IMG/VR virus record: IMGVR_UViG_3300032335_001233
Location: 32,001-96,000 of that record
DNA: 64,000 nucleotides
Direction: 5' to 3' (one strand)
From: a virus
Lineage: Duplodnaviria; Caudoviricetes
The first letter of the stretch is position 1; every line of letters starts with the position of its first letter. This document shows, one piece after another, positions 1-8,999 of the stretch. Position numbers and translations under genes: made by a program. The notes beneath the pieces are model-generated. The model did no database searches. It was not told the origin of the DNA and saw only the letters and a program-made list of their open reading frames with translations.

Positions 1-50
1 AGAATTTCTTGGTAGTTGTTGATGAGTTTTTGTATGTTTTGATGAATCAT
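1..50 (-). CDS. 5' part of an early gene running off the window edge (MIHQNIQKLINNYQEIL...)
   Basis: ATG at 50 preceded by AAGGAGCCAAAA RBS and a sigma70-type promoter; open to position 1. Confidence 0.7.
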   Translation of the reverse strand, partial: MIHQNIQKLINNYQEI

Positions 51-79
51 TTTTGGCTCCTTTTAGTTACTATACAAGT

Positions 80-108
80 ATTATAGCAAATTGGGAAATA
101 TTGGTCAA
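80..108 (-). promoter_or_regulatory. sigma70-type early promoter
   Basis: TTGACC-17 nt-TATAAT with extended TGn; near-identical to the promoter at 32732-32760. Confidence 0.85.
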
Positions 109-115
109 CCAAAGA

Positions 116-141
116 AAAACCCTGCAAATTGCAGGGTTTTT
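116..141. terminator. Intrinsic terminator downstream of the porin gene (bidirectional form)
   Basis: AAAACCCTGCAAATTGCAGGGTTTT inverted repeat with A/T tails. Confidence 0.8.
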
Positions 142-143
142 GG

Positions 144-161
144 TGTTGTATTTTTACAACA
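144..161. promoter_or_regulatory. Palindromic box TGTTGY-N6-RCAACA
   Basis: TGTTGTATTTTTACAACA; same 18-nt pattern at 32764-32781 and 32856-32873. Confidence 0.6.
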
Positions 162-167
162 AAAGTA

Positions 168-1097
168 TTAGAACTTGTATTCCAAGCCCGCTACCACTTG
201 ACGTACATCTCGAGTGTTGATGTCATGATCAGCGTTGCGATACATCACGCGACCAATCACGTTTTTGCTGAAGCCATAGTCGGCGCCCAGTGCATAGCTG
301 TTCATACCAGCATCAGTACGGCCCACGCTGGCCTTGGCAGTGATGCGTGTGCCAGGAATCAGCTGTTCGGTGCTGAGCAAAGTGCCCTTGACTTCGGTAC
401 GCACAGCGTTGGCCACTGTGACATCATCAGTGTAAGACACACCCACATAGCCGGTACCAACTTTTACTCGACCAATCAAGGCGTTGCTGGTGTTGGTACC
501 TTGTTCAAAACGAGCAGCACCCACAGTGACTGGACCTAGATCAGCGGTGACGCTGCCGGACATAGCTTCAGGCAAGCCAGCACCAGTGGCGGTGTTGGTG
601 AGCTGACGATCAAAAGCCAGCTTGATGCCTTTGATGGGTTCGGCACGTACAAACACTGTGTTGCTGAGACGCTTGTCACGGAAGTGGTGAACGTCTTGGC
701 TGGCTGAGCCAATGGTGCGGCTCCAAAACGGATCAATACTGCGAATCAACCAAAAATGGCTGTGATAGTCACGGCCCACGTCCACGCTGTACTGTTTGGT
801 GGCCAAGCCCACGAGACTGGTACGGTTGCCCAACTTGGTGTCACTGCCGGTGTCAGGTGACACATTGGCGATGGAAGTTTCGATAGTGGCACGAGCCTGC
901 AGGCCGCCACCAAGATTTTCCACAGCACGGAATCCAATGCGGCTGCTTTCGTTGCTCATGGTGGTGCCAGCATCAACACCGCCTGTGGTTTGATCAACCA
1001 CAAACGCATTCATGCGACCATACACTGTGATTTGACTCTGTGCCAAGGCCGCTGAAGAGGCCAAGGTCAAGGCCAAAATCATAGCAAGTTTCTTCAT
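168..1097 (-). CDS. Gram-negative outer-membrane porin (betaproteobacterial Omp32/OmpC-like)
   Basis: Signal peptide MKKLA...ALA^Q; QS-ITVYGR; SRIGFRAVENLGGGL; LGADYGFSK; C-terminal GLEYKF. Confidence 0.9.
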   Translation of the reverse strand: MKKLAMILALTLASSAALAQSQITVYGRMNAFVVDQTTGGVDAGTTMSNESSRIGFRAVENLGGGLQARATIETSIANVSPDTGSDTKLGNRTSLVGLATKQYSVDVGRDYHSHFWLIRSIDPFWSRTIGSASQDVHHFRDKRLSNTVFVRAEPIKGIKLAFDRQLTNTATGAGLPEAMSGSVTADLGPVTVGAARFEQGTNTSNALIGRVKVGTGYVGVSYTDDVTVANAVRTEVKGTLLSTEQLIPGTRITAKASVGRTDAGMNSYALGADYGFSKNVIGRVMYRNADHDINTRDVRQVVAGLEYKF

Positions 1098-1121
1098 GTT
1101 ATCTCCTTTAAAGATGAAGTT

Positions 1122-1150
1122 AGTATACGTGAATAGTTAGTAGATGTCAC
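1122..1150 (-). promoter_or_regulatory. Possible sigma70 promoter of the porin gene
   Basis: GTGACA-17-TATACT upstream of the AAGGAG RBS. Confidence 0.5.
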
Positions 1151-1165
1151 GTGTTTTGAAAAAAT

Positions 1166-3193
1166 TTATTGAGGGGTCACTGCACAAGGCGGTGTAATGG
1201 GCAAGTTGTCTGGCACCGAAAACGGTAGTATACCAATGCCAGCATCGCCTAAAAACTCTTGGTTGGCAGACACTTGTAATCCAGCAGTAAGGCTTTGGCC
1301 GCCCAAGGTAGTGTTGTCAGCAATCTGTTTCAAAAAGTCCCAAGACCCACCACTGGTGCAGTCTTTGCCATAGTTGTTGATGTTTTGAGAAAATGCATAA
1401 ACATCGCCATTGCCGGCAACACTGCTAGAAGTGACATCAAGGTAGTTCAGCGGAACAAGATTTTGGTATTCTAATTCTTGATTCACACAATTTGCAATGT
1501 AGGTCCATGCTGTGTTGAGAACAGCAACTTCAGCAGAGTAGCCGCTGGCCACTGTGGCAATGGCACTGTTGGCTGTGGCTATGTCTGATATTACTTGTGC
1601 ATCGTTGACTCTGGTCACAATGCTGGTCAACGCGGTGTTTAGCCCGGCTAATGCCCCCGCAGTTTGCAAACTGTTGATGGTGGCAGTCACTGTGTTAAAT
1701 CTTGTGGCCAAGTCACAGTGGTCAGTGGCTAGGCCCAGTACATCATTAAAAGTTATGGTACCATCAGGACCCGATCCAGTGGCAATGTCTGAAGCAATCT
1801 GAGATTCAACTGTGGCTGCTACAGGAGTGGTTTGAGCCGTCAATAGATCAAGTCCAGCTGTGGGCAAGCCCACACCGTCCACAGGGTTGGGTTGCCAGTA
1901 TGCAGTGTCTGTGATATCAGTACTGGGCATGACATCTTGTTGAGCACGATAGTTCATGTTGTCATATAGCACAACATCGTTGGCCAAATAGTATTGGTTG
2001 ACGTCCCAGTCACGTGTGCTGTAATCACGCAAGGCTGGCCACAACTGCTCAGGAGTGGTATTGACAATGTTGTTGATCTGTGATAGTCCAGCAGCCAAGG
2101 CCTTGTTGGCCACGGCTGTTTCAGGCGGAATAATTTTGCCAAGATCTTCACAGCCCAACGGCACAGCGGCAAAATCTGTAATGGCTTGTTCTAGGCCTGG
2201 GCTCAAGGCCCCATTGGCTTGATAGATTGGTGTGTCGCCACCCGTTGTGGGCGTAAGCAAACTTTGATAGCTTGTGGGGAAAATTTTGACAGGGTTCAAG
2301 AGATCAGTCAAGGCCACAATGTTGGGAGTAGTGACATCTAGTATGGCCAGGGCATCGCCCAATCCGCGCTCGGCTGTGATAGCAGCCAATGCTGGATATG
2401 CACGTTTTTGCAGTTGATCAAACTGGTTGGCTGTGAGTCCGTTTTGATTGAACAGACTTTGACGATTGTTGGTCACAAGGTCTGTGATGTCTTGTGGTGT
2501 TAGTCCCACCAGTAGCAATGCTTCGTATATGGTGGGCAAAGTGCCACCATTGCCGGCTGCGGCCAGACTTTGTAACAGTGTGGCTGGTTCACCCATGTAA
2601 GCCAGCTGATCAAACTGCAACAAGCTGCCTGTGGCTTTGAGGTCTTGAGCAAAATTTTCAATGTCTGTGGTGACCTGACTCAGACCCGCAGTGTAGAGAT
2701 TGTCAAAGTTTGTGAACGTGGGACCTAGATACTGATTGGCCTGTGCCGCTGCTGTGATAAACTGGTTGCTGGTGGCAATAAACCCTGCCACTGCATTGAA
2801 TCCTTGTGCAAATGCAGCACCGTTGCCAACTCCAAGATAGGCTTCGCCTAGACTTTCAACAAAATTGGCCAGTCCATCAGGATCAAAATTATTGTCAGGA
2901 TTTAGAGCAAGATACAAATCACGCAGTGCTGTATATGTGCCTACTGGGGACACTGGCACACTATTGCCTAATGCAGGACAAACTGCTTCACCAATTGACA
3001 ACAAACTTTGAAATGTAGTGTCAGTGTAAAATGCCTGTGCTTGATACCAAGACACAGCCGCCAGCCAATTGGTTATCACCGTGGTGGCATTGTATGTTGC
3101 AATGGCCGTGGTCAATGCAGCAGGCAGGGTCTTGATGCCTTGATTGTGTATCAAGGCATTGGCCACTTGAATTTGCAGTGCATTGTATGCCAT
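1166..3193 (-). CDS. Virion structural (baseplate/tail-associated) protein with a small carbohydrate-binding-type insert
   Basis: 675 aa, A/T/N/G-rich, follows the PAAR gene; WDVNQYYLANDVVLYDNMNYRA...YW resembles CBM5/12-type modules. Confidence 0.55.
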   Translation of the reverse strand: MAYNALQIQVANALIHNQGIKTLPAALTTAIATYNATTVITNWLAAVSWYQAQAFYTDTTFQSLLSIGEAVCPALGNSVPVSPVGTYTALRDLYLALNPDNNFDPDGLANFVESLGEAYLGVGNGAAFAQGFNAVAGFIATSNQFITAAAQANQYLGPTFTNFDNLYTAGLSQVTTDIENFAQDLKATGSLLQFDQLAYMGEPATLLQSLAAAGNGGTLPTIYEALLLVGLTPQDITDLVTNNRQSLFNQNGLTANQFDQLQKRAYPALAAITAERGLGDALAILDVTTPNIVALTDLLNPVKIFPTSYQSLLTPTTGGDTPIYQANGALSPGLEQAITDFAAVPLGCEDLGKIIPPETAVANKALAAGLSQINNIVNTTPEQLWPALRDYSTRDWDVNQYYLANDVVLYDNMNYRAQQDVMPSTDITDTAYWQPNPVDGVGLPTAGLDLLTAQTTPVAATVESQIASDIATGSGPDGTITFNDVLGLATDHCDLATRFNTVTATINSLQTAGALAGLNTALTSIVTRVNDAQVISDIATANSAIATVASGYSAEVAVLNTAWTYIANCVNQELEYQNLVPLNYLDVTSSSVAGNGDVYAFSQNINNYGKDCTSGGSWDFLKQIADNTTLGGQSLTAGLQVSANQEFLGDAGIGILPFSVPDNLPITPPCAVTPQ

Positions 3194-3483
3194 TATCCTG
3201 CCCTTACATCGTCGCTGCCGCCCACACGAGGGTGACCGCAGGAATCAGCATCGCCGGTTACTACTACAGGTTGACCACCTGCCCGAACTGTCGGTACGCC
3301 GCCACCGGTCACTGTGCCGCCATTGTTGTGTTCGTTGCGGCCACGTCGTGGATATGGGGGATGCGGAGTCACTGGTTGACCAGGGATCATAATGGACTGC
3401 CCATTGACTCGGACTGAAGGAACACCGCCATTGGCTACTCCTCCGCTGGAATCTGAATCCCCTTGACGCTGCACTGCTGGCAT
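3193..3483 (-). CDS. PAAR-repeat spike-tip protein (T4 gp5.4-like)
   Basis: MPAVQRQGD, SVRVNGQ, TPH, GQPVVVTGD..SCGH pattern. Confidence 0.88.
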   Translation of the reverse strand: MPAVQRQGDSDSSGGVANGGVPSVRVNGQSIMIPGQPVTPHPPYPRRGRNEHNNGGTVTGGGVPTVRAGGQPVVVTGDADSCGHPRVGGSDDVRAG

Positions 3484-3484
3484 G

Positions 3485-3790
3485 TTATCCTAGAATTAGT
3501 TTCTTTTCAGGTACCCGAATACCTGTTGTTGCTTCTAGGTATTTCATCCGCACTGAATCATCAGTCTTTGACACCAAAGCAACACTGTTGGTATTTAACC
3601 GGATTTCTTCCTTGGGGTCAGCAGTAAACAAACTGGGTATGAGTCCCATGCCCTGCGGTCCTGGAGCAATGCTCACTGGTTCCTCTAGCGTGATCCAATC
3701 ACCACCAGAGTGCTTGACTTTGGCTACTATTTCTTCGCCAGAATTCATTTTGAATGTGTATACTTGATCGTGTTCGAGTGCTATTTGCAT
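3485..3790 (-). CDS. Sm-like-fold hypothetical protein common in T4-like phages
   Basis: TFKMNSGEEIVAK motif; C-terminal Y...TTGI. Confidence 0.55.
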   Translation of the reverse strand: MQIALEHDQVYTFKMNSGEEIVAKVKHSGGDWITLEEPVSIAPGPQGMGLIPSLFTADPKEEIRLNTNSVALVSKTDDSVRMKYLEATTGIRVPEKKLILG

Positions 3791-4011
3791 TATGTGAGTT
3801 TCTTTCTGAGTTCTGTAATTCCGCCCACCAGTTCTTCATCTAGAAAAATCTGTGGTACTGTGCGAGCAGTTGGTACTGCCTCTAGTAGTTGTTCTCGTGT
3901 CCAGCCAGCACCAACTCGGCGCTCTTCAAACTCAATGCCACGTTGCGTCAGCAGAGCCTTGGCTTGATCACAGTGTGGACATGCGTCCTTGCTCCATACA
4001 ATTGCTTTCAT
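3790..4011 (-). CDS. Glutaredoxin (NrdC-like)
   Basis: CPHC, TVPQIF and GG motifs; next to nrdB; start set at MKAIVWSK. Confidence 0.92.
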   Translation of the reverse strand: MKAIVWSKDACPHCDQAKALLTQRGIEFEERRVGAGWTREQLLEAVPTARTVPQIFLDEELVGGITELRKKLT

Positions 4012-4012
4012 A

Positions 4013-5125
4013 TTAAATTTCCGGTAATTCGTCGTATTGCAAAGTGTCACTCATGACACCGATAACATAGTTAGTTGATTCGTTTTCTTGCAGTGCAGTT
4101 TGTTTCTTGCTGACATCCACGTGTTTGTTGAACCAAGGAATGGGTGTGCTTCGTGGGGCAGGTTCAGCGTACTTGATACCAATTTCACGCAAAGCTGCGT
4201 GAGCAGTAAAGTCCATGAAGTCTTTGAGAATCTGCGCATTGAGTCCAATCACTGGGCCTTTGCGGAATAGGTAATCAGCCCAGGCTTTTTCTTCTCGAAT
4301 CACTTCGGCATACATCTGGTATACTTCAGCCTCACACTCAACTCGAGCTCGAGCAAAACGTGGATCTTCTTTCACAACTTGATTGATCAGCCATGCAGTC
4401 CAATCACGATGCAGGATTTCGTCTTGCAAGATCAAACCAATGATGTTGCCATTGCCAATAAAAATACGATTCTCTACCATGGCCAGGCTGGTGGCAAATG
4501 ATACCATAAAGCGGAATGCTTCTAATGCATAGCTGGCATTGAGTGCCATCCAAATTGCCTTGATATGCGCTGGTTCCAATACTGTTTCCTTTGTTGGATC
4601 AGCAATTTCTTTAAGACAATTTAATCTGTGCAAATCATCGTAGTACCGGCCAACACTTGACGCCATGTCCACAATCTCTCGAGTGTCATGGATGGTGTTG
4701 AACACTTCCTTGGGCACGTTGTAGATGTTGCGAATAATGTGTGAATAACTTCTTGAATGAATATTGGTTTCAAAGAACGTCCAGTTGTATACCAAGCTCT
4801 CTAGTTCAGGAATAGAAATCACAGGGGTAAAGATTTGGCTGGGACCGCGGCCTTGCAAACTGTCCAGTGCTGTTTGTCGCAACAGGTTCGAAGTAAAAAT
4901 ATGCCGCACAGTTTCTGACGCATCCTTGAAATCCTGTGCATCTTTGGTGAGTGAAATTTCTTCAGGTACCCAAAAGAAGCCCCGGGCTTCTTGTTCAAAT
5001 TTGGCCAGTTTGTTGTACTTGACTTCTTCAAAGCGTTGAATGGTCACAGGCCCAGCTGGGTCCAAGAACATCTTGCGATTGAGATAGTCAGTGCGAGTGG
5101 CTAGGTTGTATTGTTGTTGGCTCAT
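4013..5125 (-). CDS. nrdB: Ribonucleotide reductase class Ia beta subunit
   Basis: FFWVPEEI, ETNIHSRSY, LEAFRF, DEILH motifs; start set at MSQQQY. Confidence 0.96.
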   Translation of the reverse strand: MSQQQYNLATRTDYLNRKMFLDPAGPVTIQRFEEVKYNKLAKFEQEARGFFWVPEEISLTKDAQDFKDASETVRHIFTSNLLRQTALDSLQGRGPSQIFTPVISIPELESLVYNWTFFETNIHSRSYSHIIRNIYNVPKEVFNTIHDTREIVDMASSVGRYYDDLHRLNCLKEIADPTKETVLEPAHIKAIWMALNASYALEAFRFMVSFATSLAMVENRIFIGNGNIIGLILQDEILHRDWTAWLINQVVKEDPRFARARVECEAEVYQMYAEVIREEKAWADYLFRKGPVIGLNAQILKDFMDFTAHAALREIGIKYAEPAPRSTPIPWFNKHVDVSKKQTALQENESTNYVIGVMSDTLQYDELPEI

Positions 5126-5126
5126 T

Positions 5127-6050
5127 TCAGTCTTCCAAGTAATAGTTGAGGTGACCATTGGTCACATTGTGTGTGATGCGTAGCCGCTGTTGTGGTTCAA
5201 TCAACAACACTGGGCTTTCAGCCGCGCCCCAGTGTCCAGTATCAAGATACAGTCGGTCATGATCCTGTTGCATGCCCATGCGTGGCACAATCAAAACACA
5301 TTGATCCTGCCAGGGTCGAGTGTCTACAGTCATTTCAAATTGAGCCATGTCAGGGAGGTACTGCTGTACTGAATACTGAGCTATCACTGCACCGTGCTGC
5401 ACTGCTCGCATGTAAGGTATCCAACCCCAGTCAGTGTCACGTTGACGTTCAAAGTGCACTAGGCCACGAGGCAATTCAGAATCAGGCAAGGCCTGCACAG
5501 ATCTAAAACTGTTGATGAGATCCACAAATCGTGAGTCTACGTCCACAGCTGGGTTGAACACACCAGACTGAGACTCAGTGCGGCATAGTCCGGCTGCAAA
5601 TCTTCGTGGCACTGTGACTGCCCAGATTTCTGCAAAGTATGTGCCAGGCAAGAACTGTGTGTTGCTGTCAATCGGCAATGTGTTCCACAGGCCTTCCCAC
5701 CACAAGTTACCATTCACAGTTTCAGTAAAGGTCACCGGCGTTGTGTCATGTCCACGATCATACCGCTCGTTGATTAGTTCTACCTGGCTGCCAAGCCCCA
5801 AGCGATCAACTACTTCGCGCCCCAGGAGATAGCGGTCAGGGTCGCTTTCAAATGCTCGCACATGACTGGCGCCGTGTTTGAGTGCCATCATGGTCAACAA
5901 TCCTGTGCCAAAGCCAATGTCAGTGCAGTGTTGGCCAGACACATAGCGAGCCAACACTCGATCATAAAATTGGTTGCGAACAAAGTCGTTGATCATGGGC
6001 AGATTTACTCCGTCATGATTCATCCAGTCAATGCGTTGTACAAAATCCAT
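5127..6050 (-). CDS. SAM-dependent methyltransferase, PRMT-like
   Basis: PMINDFVRNQFY, DIGFGTGLL, GASHVRAFE and a double-Glu loop TETVNGNLWWEG; start set at MDFVQR. Confidence 0.75.
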   Translation of the reverse strand: MDFVQRIDWMNHDGVNLPMINDFVRNQFYDRVLARYVSGQHCTDIGFGTGLLTMMALKHGASHVRAFESDPDRYLLGREVVDRLGLGSQVELINERYDRGHDTTPVTFTETVNGNLWWEGLWNTLPIDSNTQFLPGTYFAEIWAVTVPRRFAAGLCRTESQSGVFNPAVDVDSRFVDLINSFRSVQALPDSELPRGLVHFERQRDTDWGWIPYMRAVQHGAVIAQYSVQQYLPDMAQFEMTVDTRPWQDQCVLIVPRMGMQQDHDRLYLDTGHWGAAESPVLLIEPQQRLRITHNVTNGHLNYYLED

Positions 6051-6241
6051 TACCAGTGCCTTATGGTGTTCGCCATGATAAAAAAGCAAGTGATCACATG
6101 TATGATCACCCAAAATGTTTTGAGCCACAGTGCAATACGAGCTTCTCTCAGTGTGAGTATGGGCACGTCGGGCCGATCATGATCGTTCTTGCCCATGAGA
6201 TGCCCAGTGGCTCGCGCCCAAATACGTTCCACAGCGTTCAT
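6050..6241 (-). CDS. Small membrane protein
   Basis: ATGA overlap with the nrdA stop; hydrophobic C-terminal helix. Confidence 0.7.
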   Translation of the reverse strand: MNAVERIWARATGHLMGKNDHDRPDVPILTLREARIALWLKTFWVIIHVITCFFIMANTIRHW

Positions 6242-8571
6242 AACTTGCAGGCTTCGCAATCTTCAATGTCTTGTAGCATTTGTTCAGCAGCCACTGTGAC
6301 AAAACGATCAATGTCCTGATCTTCTCGACTCTTGGCGCCTTGTTTGTTGATCAAACTGTAATAGAAAGTTTTGATACCCCAATGATGTGCCAACATGAGA
6401 TTTCGAGCAATCAATGTTGTGGGTACTTTGCGTCCTTCAAAGTGAGCCGGGTTGTAGAATGTGTTGGTGGAAATGCTTTGATCAACATAGGCTGTGATCA
6501 CTGCCGCAGTTTTGAGATACCCCGCACAGTCTGTTTGCGCCCACATCAGTTGATATTTGTTTTTGAGTTTGTGATATTCTGGCACCACCTGCACCAAAGA
6601 TCCTGCCTTGCTTTCTTTCACAGAGATCAGGCTCATGGGCATTTCAATGCCGTTGGTGGAATTGATCACCACAGAACTTGACTCCACAGGTGCCACAGCC
6701 ATCAAGGTGGCATTGCGAACACCGTGAGTTTTCATTTGTTCACGCAAAGGTTCCCAGTCTAGCTCAGGCTGAAAATTCGTGAGTTCGTTGGCCCCGGCAG
6801 CTCTTCGCTCCCATGGAAATACACCACGACCGTACCAGGTGCGGTCAGAATCTTTGCAACGGCCTCGCTCCTTGGCAAGTTCCACGGTTGCTTCAGTAAG
6901 GTAGTAGGCTTGGTGTTCCATCCATGACTTAACCTCGGCCAGAGCGTCCTTGTCACCGTATTGCAGTCCCCGCTTGGCATGCCAGTAAGCAAGGTTAGTA
7001 ATGCCAATACCAAGCGGCTGGATTTCATCGTTGGATAGTTTACTTTGTATCGAGAGGAAGTCTTGATAGTCAAGGATATTACACAGGCTCCTCTGCAAAA
7101 TCCTACAAGCCCGACGCATGTCCTCTGGATTACGGAATGCTCCCCAGTTAATGGACCCAAGTGTACATAGCGCGATGCGACCTTGATCATCATCAAGTCG
7201 TTTGAAAGGCTTTGTGGGAAGAAGGATTTCACAGCAAAGATTACTCTGGTAAATGGTGTGGTACTCAGGATCAAACGGACCCTGGTTCATCACATTGTCA
7301 ATGAACACTAAATAGATTCGTCCTGTGTCAGTGCGTTCTTTCAGTATGCCTGACTTGAACACCTCTTCTGCACTCATGGTCTTTTTTCGGAGATCACTTC
7401 GCGCTTCATAACGCACATAGAGTTCTTCAAAAAGCTCAGTGTCCTGATAGAACGCTTCATAGAGGTCCGGAACTTGGTTGGGATCAAAGAACGTTATGTT
7501 TTCTCGGTTCTTGAATCGTCTCCAGAAGAAAGCACTAAGCACAACCCCATAATCCATATGACGGACTCGGGTTTCTTCGGTTCCTTGATTGTTCTTGAGA
7601 ACAATGAGGTCATCAAATTGATGATGCCAGATCGGATAGAATACAGTTGCTGACGCATTTCGAATACCACCTTGTGAACATGACCGCAAGTCTCCAAACC
7701 ACTTCTTGAGAAAGGGAATCATACCAGTGTGCATGATTTCGCCTCCACGTATGGGCGAGCCCAGCGGTCGTAGGCGCCCAATCTCAAGACCAATGCCAGC
7801 ACGTTTGCTGGCATACTTGGCCATCATCTCTCCACTAGCAAATATAGAGTCCAGATCATCATCGCTGCGAATAAGAACGCAAGAACTGAATTGCTTAGTA
7901 GGAGTTCCAAGACCAGCAAGCACGGGAGTAGCAAGAGTAAATAGGCCATCACTCGCAGCATTGTAATATTCCTTAATGTAGCGCATACGAGCGCTGTTGG
8001 GTTCTTCTCGGTGAAACACCGTTGCTGCCGCAATCATGTATCTAACTTGAGGAGTTTCATAGATTTCCTTGGTTGAACGATTGCGTACAAGATACTTTTC
8101 GATCAGCTGCTCAACAGCCGCATATGAATATTGCTCGTCCTTGGCATGATCAATCATGTCATTCATGCGGTTCCAGTCTGCTTCGTCGTACCATTCTAGC
8201 AATTCAGGAGTGTACAGGCCAATGGCCACGTTGCGTTTCACAATCTCATACAAGTGGGGAGGGTCATAGGAACCATACACATCTTTACGCAACATACTCA
8301 AACGTTGCTTGCCTGCTACGTATTGATAATTGGTATGTCCTACATCAGGATTTGATTCTACGTCAATGAGATCTACAATGGCTCGCAGTGTGATGCCATC
8401 AATTTCTCGAGTGCTGATGCCATCGTAAAAGTGTAGCTGTGCTTTGATTTCGATCATGCTCTGACTTACGTCAGCAGTGCCCTTGCAGATTTTGGCTACC
8501 TGATTTTGCCATTTTTCCAGTGACAGCGGCTCGCGGCTGCCATCGCGTTTGAGTACGGTGATGGGCTTCAT
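6238..8571 (-). CDS. nrdA: Ribonucleotide reductase class Ia alpha subunit
   Basis: ATP cone (VLKRDG), SSC, QSNLCCEI, APVESSS, C-terminal CEAC; no intein or intron seen. Confidence 0.97.
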   Translation of the reverse strand: MKPITVLKRDGSREPLSLEKWQNQVAKICKGTADVSQSMIEIKAQLHFYDGISTREIDGITLRAIVDLIDVESNPDVGHTNYQYVAGKQRLSMLRKDVYGSYDPPHLYEIVKRNVAIGLYTPELLEWYDEADWNRMNDMIDHAKDEQYSYAAVEQLIEKYLVRNRSTKEIYETPQVRYMIAAATVFHREEPNSARMRYIKEYYNAASDGLFTLATPVLAGLGTPTKQFSSCVLIRSDDDLDSIFASGEMMAKYASKRAGIGLEIGRLRPLGSPIRGGEIMHTGMIPFLKKWFGDLRSCSQGGIRNASATVFYPIWHHQFDDLIVLKNNQGTEETRVRHMDYGVVLSAFFWRRFKNRENITFFDPNQVPDLYEAFYQDTELFEELYVRYEARSDLRKKTMSAEEVFKSGILKERTDTGRIYLVFIDNVMNQGPFDPEYHTIYQSNLCCEILLPTKPFKRLDDDQGRIALCTLGSINWGAFRNPEDMRRACRILQRSLCNILDYQDFLSIQSKLSNDEIQPLGIGITNLAYWHAKRGLQYGDKDALAEVKSWMEHQAYYLTEATVELAKERGRCKDSDRTWYGRGVFPWERRAAGANELTNFQPELDWEPLREQMKTHGVRNATLMAVAPVESSSVVINSTNGIEMPMSLISVKESKAGSLVQVVPEYHKLKNKYQLMWAQTDCAGYLKTAAVITAYVDQSISTNTFYNPAHFEGRKVPTTLIARNLMLAHHWGIKTFYYSLINKQGAKSREDQDIDRFVTVAAEQMLQDIEDCEACKL

Positions 8572-8573
8572 TG

Positions 8574-8999
8574 TTACCTAATTTTTTGTTCTAGATCCAG
8601 CAGTGTCAGGATTCGACGCTGTTTGTTTTTGTGTGAACAGATATTTACGATGGAGTCTCTGTCCCAATTCAGTATATATTTTCTCTGGGCTACCAGGACT
8701 AAATTGTCGCTTCCGTTGTCCAACATCACAGCATCTTGCAAATCTTTACGCTCCAGTAGAGCAACAGTGTACATGATTCCCAGCGCTCGTGCAACCGAAC
8801 AGAAAACATTGTCTTCCAACAGTTGCCAAGGATCAGGCCACGTGGCTCGATCATCCCAGTGTAAGTGATAGGCTGACCAAGGAGTGTCAAACCACCAAGT
8901 GTTGATGGTTTGCAAACACTCAGCAATAGGCAAGTTGGTGCAGTCAACTCGCAGCTGATGCCAAGCTGCCAGTCTCTGTTCAAAAGAGCGAGGCCACAT
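8574..8999 (-). CDS. Hypothetical protein, weak transglutaminase/BTLCP-like resemblance
   Basis: WPDPWQLLEDNVFC..ARALG..YT. Confidence 0.45.
   Translation of the reverse strand: MWPRSFEQRLAAWHQLRVDCTNLPIAECLQTINTWWFDTPWSAYHLHWDDRATWPDPWQLLEDNVFCSVARALGIMYTVALLERKDLQDAVMLDNGSDNLVLVAQRKYILNWDRDSIVNICSHKNKQRRILTLLDLEQKIR

Noticed and set aside
6238-8571. Inteins or introns in nrdA, nrdB, helicase, recA or terminase
   Set aside because: All have normal length and contiguous motifs.
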